The translations under genes and the position numbers were made by a program. From positions 1-13,238 of the forward strand of contig CAZPWM010000088.1 of the NCBI GenBank assembly GCA_964590575.1: a DNA stretch of 13,238 nt. The letters are read 5' to 3'. Shown in pieces: positions 1 through 7,141 of the stretch. The stretch comes from an uncultured archaeon (GTDB taxonomy: Archaea; Asgardarchaeota; Thorarchaeia; Thorarchaeales; Thorarchaeaceae). Each line of letters begins with the position of its first letter. The first letter of the stretch is position 1. The notes beneath the pieces were generated by a model, which was not told where the DNA came from, searched no databases, and saw only the letters and a program-made list of their open reading frames with translations.

Positions 1-56
1 GTCTTGCCAACTGAGCCATCTCCCATGAGAACGACCTTGAATAGAGCTGTGACCAT
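1..56 (-). CDS. Small GTPase, Ras/Rab-like (5' end only; runs off the window edge)
   Basis: Not in the ORF track. The reverse complement from ATG at 56 reads MVTALFKVVLMGDGSVGKT, the typical Rab/Ras beta1 + G1 P-loop (FKvvlxGDxxVGKT). Confidence 0.85.
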   Translation of the reverse strand, partial: MVTALFKVVLMGDGSVGK

Positions 57-159
57 AGTTTGTCACCCGAATAGTAAAGTGTCTAGTGGATACTAGTGCG
101 CTATTTGATAATTCCACTATTTGAGTCTATGCCGATTGAACATGCTTGTAATAGTGTCT

Positions 160-177
160 GAAAATACTTATCTAAAT
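160..177 (+). promoter_or_regulatory. Putative archaeal BRE/TATA promoter for the PPOX gene
   Basis: GAAAATACTTATCTAAAT: purine-rich BRE-like run followed by a TTATCT/TA-rich box about 35-40 nt upstream of ATG 208. Confidence 0.35.
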
Positions 178-207
178 AAAGAACAGGATCTCAATGAGGT
201 TTTATGT

Positions 208-675
208 ATGGAGTATAAACAGGCACCTCCATTGACAAAGGAGGAGATGGAAGCATTCTTTCAAGAGGCAAAAATAGCACGATTCTGCAGCATCAATAAG
301 AATGGCACAATCCATGCAGTTCCAGTGTGGTTCAACTACGTTGATGGTAAGTTTCTCATCGGAACACCAGCTACGGGTAAGCGAGTGAGAAATATCAAAA
401 GAAACAATAATGTGACCCTCCTAATAGATGTCGAGGGCCCTCCAACACGAGGAGTCATCATCTATGGGGAGGCGGAGATCAATAATGACAACATAGAGGA
501 CATTGCACTTGAAATTTTCAAGAGATACATGCCCTATGAGGAGGCAGTAGTGTATCAAAGGGGGCTATTCAAACTTACAAGCTGGATTGGTGTGTATGTT
601 ACACCAAAGGAAATCACATCATTTGACTATGGCAAAGACACAACATACCGTAAGGCAGCCAATGACGAGTTATAG
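208..675 (+). CDS. Pyridoxamine 5'-phosphate oxidase-like (split-barrel, PPOX class) FMN/F420-binding protein
   Basis: Motifs 'LTKEEMEAFF..AKIARFCSINKNGTIHAVPVWF', 'KRVRNIKRNNNVTLLID' and 'GVIIYGEAEI'. ATG 208 with GAGGT just upstream is preferred over the track's TTG 121. Confidence 0.85.
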   Translation: MEYKQAPPLTKEEMEAFFQEAKIARFCSINKNGTIHAVPVWFNYVDGKFLIGTPATGKRVRNIKRNNNVTLLIDVEGPPTRGVIIYGEAEINNDNIEDIALEIFKRYMPYEEAVVYQRGLFKLTSWIGVYVTPKEITSFDYGKDTTYRKAANDEL

Positions 676-838
676 CGAGTCTTACTTTCGGGAGACTGTC
701 CCCCTCAGACTCGTACATTTGGAAGGACTAGGGAGTTCCATAAAACCCACAATCAGCTGGACTGTAGCATACTGGCCCTACAGTCTGGAAACCGTTCTCT
801 AGTACTGCGGGGTAACGCCAGTAAGAGGATGAAGACCT
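676..838 (+). promoter_or_regulatory. Inverted-repeat-rich leader/operator region of the PPB2-polB2 operon
   Basis: CGAGTCT(676-682)/AGACTCG(707-713); TGGAA(720-724)/TTCCA(736-740); GACTGTAG(760-767)/CTACAGTC(778-785); TACTG(803-807)/CAGTA(819-823); TTCTCT(795-800)/AGAGGA(824-829, SD-like, one G-U); TACTGGC(770-776)/GCCAGTA(817-823). Confidence 0.5.
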
Positions 839-1114
839 GTGGGACGAACAGTCCGCACCTATAGAGATGCGGTCAGGATTGAAGAGGCGAGATGGAAGGA
901 CTTCAGGCGGACCCTTAGGCCGTCCCAGAGAGAACGCTTTGACCGTATTTTTGACTATGCAAGAGGGTTCGCAGATGCAGGCACAATGATGGTGACGCCT
1001 CGTATCATTGAGGTCATTCTGCTTTCTGCAATCTTGGAGATGCTCGGGGAGATTGATGAGATTAAGGGAAGGGTTCAGGTCTTAGAAGAAAAGATCGAGG
1101 AGAACATCCACTGA
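839..1114 (+). CDS. PolB2-associated small helical protein (PPB2 / arCOG07300-like)
   Basis: The N-terminus 'MGRTVRTYRD....E..W..FRR.LR...RE.FD.IF..AR' is characteristic of the small protein encoded next to archaeal polB2. GTG start with AGAGGA SD; its TGA overlaps the polB ATG (TGATG, 1112-1116). Confidence 0.8.
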   Translation: MGRTVRTYRDAVRIEEARWKDFRRTLRPSQRERFDRIFDYARGFADAGTMMVTPRIIEVILLSAILEMLGEIDEIKGRVQVLEEKIEENIH

Positions 1115-3393
1115 TGAAAAAGACTGGATGGCTCTTGGACTGCAGCGTGAACCAAGAGAAACAGGCACTGACCCTCTGGATTAAGAGCGAGGGAAAGACC
1201 AAGGGCTATACCTATCGGGGATTTCATCCTTCTGTATATGTCAGCACAGACTTGATGAGAAGTGCAGATTGGAGTAAAAATGACGTCCTGCGTGCGGTCT
1301 TGGAACATCCCAAAGTAGTACACACAGAGATTGTAAGAAAATACACTAGTGTTTATGATACTGCCATGACTCCAGTGCTGCAAGTGTTCACTACACCAGA
1401 TGCACAACGAGAGGTGGCTGGAGACCTCGAAAGACTGCCCGGGGCTACCGTGTTTCATGCGGATATTGATCCGGTCCACCAGTTCTTCATCACTAGGAAC
1501 ATGTTCGCCTTTGGACGTGTCGAGTTCGAGCTGAAGGGGGATGAGATTGTCAAAGTTGAATGTCTTGACGAGCGCGAGGACCCTGAATACGAGATTCCTG
1601 AGCTAGAGGAGCTGGGATTCGAGGTGTTCGTAGACACTGAGCAGATCTTCCCCAAGATAGAGGACAGGATACACCACATTGAGGTCTACTATAGAGGAGA
1701 AACAATCTGTATCGAGGACCTAGAAGAGAGTAACATTCTCCACAGGTTTCAGAGTGTGATAGACAAGATTGACCCTGATGTGATAACCACAAGGAGAGGC
1801 GATGAGAGCATCTTTAGATACCTTAGTCTACGCGCAGGAGTCAATGGGATAGAACTACAACTCTCGCGGGATGCAACACCATTAAGGGTCACTTACAGAG
1901 AGCCGCAGTCATTCTGGCAATACAACCGGATTGTGTACAGGTCAGGAACACAGGTGACTTTGAACGGGAGGATTCACATTGATAGAGGAAAGACAGGCAT
2001 GCACTTCTTCTCGCCTGTGGGACTTGAGGGTGTCGTGGAGAGCTGTCGGCTCGCGTTAGGTCGACCACAGAGCGTTTCACGGATGACAATTGGTGCAGTG
2101 AATGCGGCGGTTCAATACTACAATGCCTTCAAGATGGATATCCTCATTCCACCAGTCAAACGAAATCCAGAATTTCTCAAGTCACTCAATGAACTGGCAG
2201 CCATCGACCGAGGCGGACTAATTCTTCAACCACGACCAGACATCTATGAAAATGTAGCAGAGTGTGATTTCTCATCAATGTACCCAACCCTCATGGTCAA
2301 CAAGAACATCAGTCCAGAAACCATTTGCACTCGAACTAGCTGCCCCTATGGCGAGGAATACTGCCTTCAAGTTCCAGAACTGAGCTTCAAGATCTGTACT
2401 CGCAAGAGGGGAATCGTGTCGGAATCATTGGAACTACTTGTCAATAGACGGTTTAAATTCAAGGAGTTGATAGAGGATGGTCAAAATGCCAAGAGGTACG
2501 AGTTTGTTCAGAACACATTGAAAGGGGTCTTGGTTTCATGTTTTGGATATCTTGGCTTCAAGAACGCAAAGTTTGGACGTGTGGAAGCACATACTGCAGT
2601 CACAGCATTTGCAAGAGATGTCCTACTCAGAACTCAAGAGATTGGAGAAGAAATGGGACTAGAGATGATTCACGGCATTGTTGACTCAGTCTGGTTGCAG
2701 GCCGAAGGAGAAGTCGAATACGAAAAAGTGGCGGAGTTCTGTGAACGCGTGACAAAGGAAGTTGAAATCAACATGTCCCCCAAAGGAGTTTATAGATGGA
2801 TGGTCATCCCGTCTTCCCGTCTGCACCCCTCAAATGCTCCATTGAACAGGTATTATGGCGTCTACAAAAATGGAGGAATTAAGACACGAGGAATTGAAAC
2901 CCGTAGACGGGACACATGCCTGTATGTCGGAGACTGTCAGAAAGAGATGATTAAGACTCTTGCACATGGCCGAAACAAGGCAGGTTTTCTCGAACAGATG
3001 CCCAATGCGAATGCAGTATGCCAGGAATACATCAGAAGGCTCCATGATGACGATGTTGACCTCAGAGACCTGATTCTCAATTCCACACTCACACGAAATC
3101 CCCACGAGTACCGTGCCACATCCCGAGCGGCAGTGGTTGCTCAGCAACTGGTAAAGGCGGGGCGGGAACTACATGCGGGCCAAAAGGTCCAATATGTGAT
3201 GACATCCGCGGACTCTATGAATCCCCTGCGCAGGGTATGCGCGTTAGAATTGTTCGGAGAATCCACAAGATATGACCCTGAGGCCTACGCTAAACTCTGT
3301 AAACGCGCTTTTGAGAGCCTCATACCTGTACAGTATCTTGACGCAAAGAAACAGATTGATTCAGAACAAACAGTTCTTCTCGCAAATGACTGA
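1114..3393 (+). CDS. polB2: Family B DNA polymerase, archaeal PolB2 (Dpo2) group, with degenerate proofreading exonuclease
   Basis: Motif A 'DFSSMYP' (D385), motif B 'QNTLKGVLVSCFGYLG', motif C 'HGIVDS' in place of YGDTDS, and 'KTRGIETRRRD'. ExoI/II acidic residues are lost ('GFEVF', 'TRRGDESIFRYL'). The adjacent PPB2 gene supports the call. Confidence 0.9.
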   Translation: MKKTGWLLDCSVNQEKQALTLWIKSEGKTKGYTYRGFHPSVYVSTDLMRSADWSKNDVLRAVLEHPKVVHTEIVRKYTSVYDTAMTPVLQVFTTPDAQREVAGDLERLPGATVFHADIDPVHQFFITRNMFAFGRVEFELKGDEIVKVECLDEREDPEYEIPELEELGFEVFVDTEQIFPKIEDRIHHIEVYYRGETICIEDLEESNILHRFQSVIDKIDPDVITTRRGDESIFRYLSLRAGVNGIELQLSRDATPLRVTYREPQSFWQYNRIVYRSGTQVTLNGRIHIDRGKTGMHFFSPVGLEGVVESCRLALGRPQSVSRMTIGAVNAAVQYYNAFKMDILIPPVKRNPEFLKSLNELAAIDRGGLILQPRPDIYENVAECDFSSMYPTLMVNKNISPETICTRTSCPYGEEYCLQVPELSFKICTRKRGIVSESLELLVNRRFKFKELIEDGQNAKRYEFVQNTLKGVLVSCFGYLGFKNAKFGRVEAHTAVTAFARDVLLRTQEIGEEMGLEMIHGIVDSVWLQAEGEVEYEKVAEFCERVTKEVEINMSPKGVYRWMVIPSSRLHPSNAPLNRYYGVYKNGGIKTRGIETRRRDTCLYVGDCQKEMIKTLAHGRNKAGFLEQMPNANAVCQEYIRRLHDDDVDLRDLILNSTLTRNPHEYRATSRAAVVAQQLVKAGRELHAGQKVQYVMTSADSMNPLRRVCALELFGESTRYDPEAYAKLCKRAFESLIPVQYLDAKKQIDSEQTVLLAND

Positions 3394-3398
3394 CCCGT

Positions 3399-4736
3399 CT
3401 ACTCGGTCACAGCACGTGCTTGCATTGCAATCCGTGGTCTTAATTCACGAACAGGGATTCCTGTATCTTTTGCCACCCTGAGGACATCATCAGCTTCAGG
3501 CTTTATGCTTAAAATACTGCCATCCACACTTCGAGAAACCTTCACACGAACCATGTAATCGTTATTATCAATCGTGAAACTACAAACAATGGTTTCGCGG
3601 GAGACCTTGAGTCGCTGCCAAGTAGAGTAACGTATCCCGATTGTACCTAGATTCTTTATCATCAGATCAGCAATACTTTTCAAACCAGCTTTGGCAGCAA
3701 TAACTTTGACCACGTAGCAAGGACGGTTCTTCTTCCCTATTGCGGGTATAACGGTCACATCATAGGCTAACCCCTCAGCAAGAAGGGTATCAAATAATGT
3801 GCCTATCGTTTCACCATCGACATCATCAACATTGGTTTCAATGACTATAACGTCATCTTCATTCCAACCATCGAGCATTTTTGGTTTCTCTTCAGGTTTA
3901 GGCTTTGGTTCTTTGGGAGTCGTGGGTTTTTCCTTCTTCGGTTCTTCTTTGGTTGGACCAGGAATCTCTTCAGATACTACAGTTTCACCAACAACGATGG
4001 ACATCATATTAGGAATATTGCCTAGGTCCCGTGTACCAAAACCGACACCCTGATTCTTGGCTACAAAATCGTCATAGGAGTCGATGAATTTGTCTGCTAT
4101 CGCAATAAGGAGGGCTGCTCCGGTAGGAGTTAGAAGCTCAGTCTTTGCATCTCCATTGTGATATGGAACCTTGTTTGCATCAAGCAACTCAGCCACTGCA
4201 GGGACGGGAACCTCTAGTGGACCATGTTCTGTTTCTATTGTTCCAGAACCCACAGCGACAGAAGTTGCTAGAAACTCAGCTTCACCTAGAAGGCCAGTTC
4301 TCTCAAGGAGGTAGGCAGTTCCTACGATATCGAGAACGGTGTCAACTGTGCCAGTTTCATGAAGATGAAGTTCATCTATTGGTTTATTATGAGCTCTACT
4401 CTCAGCTTCAAGAAGCTCATTTAGAGCTCTTTCAGCGATCTTCTTTCCAGCTTCCGATAGTTCAATTTCTTCAGATACTGAATGAAGTACTTCTGTTATT
4501 GAAGCTGGGGTAAGGCGGATTCCAGGATTCTGTGTTATTTGAAGTTGGCGACCTGTGATTCCAGAATGTGTGTGTGACGTCATGTTTAGACGAAAAGATG
4601 GATCATAAATCAACAAGCTGGCTGCAACGGGAAGCAGAGCATTATTCTCACCAATTAAATCTGTTAGAGCTGAGAGGAACATATCTCCAGAAGCTCCAGC
4701 TGTTGCAACGTTTATGAGTACAGTCTTCTTTGTCAA
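3399..4736 (-). CDS. larC: Nickel-pincer cofactor nickel insertase LarC (fused LarC1+LarC2)
   Basis: 'GASGDMFLSAL', 'AESRAH....ELHLHETG..D...DIVG', 'HG.L.VPVPA', 'ELLTPTGAALL', 'IETNVDDVDGE', 'KKNRP', 'KPEADD'. TTG start with GGAGG SD (4746-4750). Confidence 0.9.
   Translation of the reverse strand: MTKKTVLINVATAGASGDMFLSALTDLIGENNALLPVAASLLIYDPSFRLNMTSHTHSGITGRQLQITQNPGIRLTPASITEVLHSVSEEIELSEAGKKIAERALNELLEAESRAHNKPIDELHLHETGTVDTVLDIVGTAYLLERTGLLGEAEFLATSVAVGSGTIETEHGPLEVPVPAVAELLDANKVPYHNGDAKTELLTPTGAALLIAIADKFIDSYDDFVAKNQGVGFGTRDLGNIPNMMSIVVGETVVSEEIPGPTKEEPKKEKPTTPKEPKPKPEEKPKMLDGWNEDDVIVIETNVDDVDGETIGTLFDTLLAEGLAYDVTVIPAIGKKNRPCYVVKVIAAKAGLKSIADLMIKNLGTIGIRYSTWQRLKVSRETIVCSFTIDNNDYMVRVKVSRSVDGSILSIKPEADDVLRVAKDTGIPVRELRPRIAMQARAVTE
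3879..3962 (-). repeat. Low-complexity Pro/Lys/Glu linker within larC
   Basis: Encodes PGPTKEEPKKEKPTTPKEPKPKPEEKPK between the LarC1 and LarC2 domains. Confidence 0.7.
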
Positions 4737-4887
4737 ACAATATTTCCTCCGTTCAATACTCCACCAATTGGAACATGCATTAGTCTAGACCTTTTCATTC
4801 TTTCTAACATGGACCGCGTGTTTATCGTTATGATTTCATTTAACCCAGCCTAAATAAGATTGTCAGCTCGTATCATTTTTAAGCGTG

Positions 4888-5667
4888 TCAAGAATATTTG
4901 GTTCTTCTCCATTCGTCGAATATAGCCATATACATACATTCTGAGGGGGATATCCACATCTCTGCTGAATCAAATGATTGATCTACATACTCTACTGGAG
5001 CGTTTCTGATGATAGCAGCTGGAACTGACTCATCAGATTCACCCATCACAGCTGTGCATGCTGAAGCAAGATTGTCCGCTATTGCTCTTCGTGTGATGCG
5101 CAGCTCATTTCCAAACAAATCTTTTCTTCCTCGGTCATCAGCGACAGGATAGAATCCAGCAACACCAAGGGCCATTCCAATATTACCCAGTCTCAGAGGT
5201 TGTGTACGACTATCAATAATCAGAACCCCGACATTTTTTCCTAGTCGCCTCTTAATCTCTTCACGCAGTCTTGCAGCACTTGCACGAGAATCCAAAGGTA
5301 GAAGTGAGGCGTGTCCCGGAGGAACATTAGACTTGTCCACACCAGCATTGGCCATCAATGTGTTGTTCTTGATGGTAAGAACCACATGTGGAATTCCACC
5401 AAGAATCTCATCCGCTTCTTGAATAACTAGCTCAGCAATTTCAGGGAGCATCTCGAATTTACGGGCTAATACCTTGGCTTCCTCAGATGGATGTATAGCA
5501 GACATGGCCACAATCCTACCCTCAGTAGTACCAAGGGGAGTTTCAGCGATAGCTACGATATCATTATCCTCCAATTCAAGTCCAACAGATACCAGGCTCT
5601 CCAGGAGGACATCAATGATATTGTCTTTTGGAGTAATTATCCGAGTTTTAATGGGAAGAACATGCAT
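4888..5667 (-). CDS. cofE: CofE-family gamma-glutamyl ligase (coenzyme F420-0:L-glutamate ligase-like)
   Basis: 'DIVAIAET.....EGR', 'ANAGVDKSN', 'LLP.D...SA..LR..I....G..VGV.I.DS...PLR.G..G.ALG.AG', 'D.RG..DLFG..L..T..A.AD.LA......MGE..E..P..IIR'. Confidence 0.85.
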   Translation of the reverse strand: MHVLPIKTRIITPKDNIIDVLLESLVSVGLELEDNDIVAIAETPLGTTEGRIVAMSAIHPSEEAKVLARKFEMLPEIAELVIQEADEILGGIPHVVLTIKNNTLMANAGVDKSNVPPGHASLLPLDSRASAARLREEIKRRLGKNVGVLIIDSRTQPLRLGNIGMALGVAGFYPVADDRGRKDLFGNELRITRRAIADNLASACTAVMGESDESVPAAIIRNAPVEYVDQSFDSAEMWISPSECMYMAIFDEWRRTKYS

Positions 5668-5709
5668 TCAGTATACCCAAAAGAGCTTGCTATGGACTAC
5701 AAGATAAAT

Positions 5710-7140
5710 TCATCCACGTCCCTTGGTCTGAAGCTTCATTCTCTCTGTCATGATGCACCTATCACCTTTCCGACCACCCATGGGATGTCGTGTTGTGCCC
5801 ATTGAGTTCATGCATCTGGCAGCAACAGCAGCCCCCATTGCTAAACCATCCTCAACAAAGAGGAGGTCGTGTGATGAAGTCCATAATTCACCGTTATTCA
5901 GTTTGAGATTCTCAACAATAATCTTGGGTTTTTGACCAGTAATGATTGACCTTCCAGTAAGACCCAATGATGTGTTTTCAAAAATCAGTCCTTCCAAATC
6001 CACAATGGAGAGTATTCTTTGCACAACATTAGCTTGAACCTGATCAATGACTGCTAGAAGGGTTTCAATTCCAGCCTCGTTAATGATGGTTTCACCAATT
6101 TTTTCTAATTTCTTGAGTTTAGACCCGTTGTTACCGACATCCACTCCAATCAATAGGACTCCAGCGGCTTCTGCGGAGTTTCCATTGACTGGAACCGTGC
6201 CAAAGCGAGTGTCTGTTTTTTGAACTCGTTCAACCCGGATATATTTGTCCGCTTCATGAACCCATTTATCATCGATTACTACTCTCTTGGAGCTTTCTAA
6301 ATCAGGAATATCCATGACAGACCCATTCTTCTCTGGAACCAAGCCAGACAGACGAACTAAGGAGTCAGGAATTGCCCCTGCAAGCCCTGCAAAGGAGCCT
6401 ATTGTTTTTGCATATGGATATCCATTGTCTGTAATCCGACCTGCTAAAGTAGTGCCAAAATCAAGTGTCATGACAGGATTCCGGAAGTCGATGTCAGTGC
6501 TTTTTGCAGCACCTTTGATACCCGCAGTCACGAGCTCACCCTCCATCTCATTGGCAACGATATCCGTGTCTGAAGGCGGCAACGAACTGGCCACTGCACC
6601 ATCAAAATAGACTTTCTTCAACCAAGTGAAGTCTTGAAGTCCGGGCGGTAGATTTCCTGCAGATAGTGAGGCGGTCATCTTGCGAGGTGGAACCCCTGCA
6701 TTTAGACATCCGTCTGCAAGAGCCTGAACGATGACTCCAACTTCGTCGGGACTAGCGAATCCAGCAGTCACACCCGTTGACCTCACCACAAAATGCAGGT
6801 CACGTTCCATGTCGAGTCTTGCTCGGTTCAATACTGTGGTCAAGACATCGGTAATCATCTCTGACACAGACTTGCGAGTAAGGTCAACTCCGAAGATTGT
6901 TCTTCCAAAAACGGTCTCGCCTGGTCCTGGGGGACGAACATCCCTTGTGAATCGTACTTCTTTTTCTATCTCATAAATCTCGGCGGTTTGCAGATTAGTT
7001 GTCACCAGTATGCATTTTGTCGTTGTATTGCCCAATTCAACTGAAGCAACGGTGTAAAAGGGACCTTTTCGGAGAGATGACACTCCAATCGAGCGAGGAT
7101 GGATGATCCTATCTTTTCTTGTCATTCTGAACACGCCCAA
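5710..7140 (-). CDS. Methanogenesis marker protein 14 (DUF2114-like), predicted ASKHA-fold ATPase
   Basis: 'ASVELGNTTTKCIL', 'TRDVRPP.PGE.VFG.T', 'DLHFVVRSTGVTAGFASP.EVG', 'VANEMEGELVTAGIK', 'DFRNP..TLDFGTTLAGRI', 'EDGLAMGAAVAARCMNSMGT...P.GG..G..CI' match the Mmp14 family as recalled. Start is TTG 7140 or ATG 7125. Confidence 0.8.
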   Translation of the reverse strand: MGVFRMTRKDRIIHPRSIGVSSLRKGPFYTVASVELGNTTTKCILVTTNLQTAEIYEIEKEVRFTRDVRPPGPGETVFGRTIFGVDLTRKSVSEMITDVLTTVLNRARLDMERDLHFVVRSTGVTAGFASPDEVGVIVQALADGCLNAGVPPRKMTASLSAGNLPPGLQDFTWLKKVYFDGAVASSLPPSDTDIVANEMEGELVTAGIKGAAKSTDIDFRNPVMTLDFGTTLAGRITDNGYPYAKTIGSFAGLAGAIPDSLVRLSGLVPEKNGSVMDIPDLESSKRVVIDDKWVHEADKYIRVERVQKTDTRFGTVPVNGNSAEAAGVLLIGVDVGNNGSKLKKLEKIGETIINEAGIETLLAVIDQVQANVVQRILSIVDLEGLIFENTSLGLTGRSIITGQKPKIIVENLKLNNGELWTSSHDLLFVEDGLAMGAAVAARCMNSMGTTRHPMGGRKGDRCIMTERMKLQTKGRG

Positions 7141-7141
7141 A

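Noticed and set aside
121-207. N-terminal extension of the PPOX ORF from TTG 121
   Set aside because: The region is AT-rich and promoter-like; family similarity and an SD fit ATG 208.
684-689. ACTTTC matching the Sulfolobales DNA-damage element ANTTTC
   Set aside because: A single degenerate hexamer is expected by chance, it is far from the candidate TATA, and the lineage is distant.
676-713. Hammerhead-ribozyme-like string on the minus strand (CUGAGGGGGA-CAGUC-UCCC-GAAA)
   Set aside because: The core is not CUGANGA (A9 missing) and there is no stem III after GAAA.
721-767. Superficial resemblance to a fluoride (crcB) riboswitch
   Set aside because: It lacks the conserved GAUG and CUGAUG/CUAAUG elements and the pseudoknot pairing.
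587-802. 71-aa ORF spanning the PPOX end and the spacer (possible iRadA remnant)
   Set aside because: It overlaps the PPOX gene out of frame and has no recognisable motif.
839-3393. Casposon or viral origin for the polB
   Set aside because: The motifs are cellular PolB2 type rather than protein-primed, and no cas1, integrase, capsid gene or terminal repeats were seen.
4822-4880. Possible NikR operator upstream of larC
   Set aside because: TATGA/TATCA-like words are present but not in a GTATGA-N16-TCATAC inverted arrangement.
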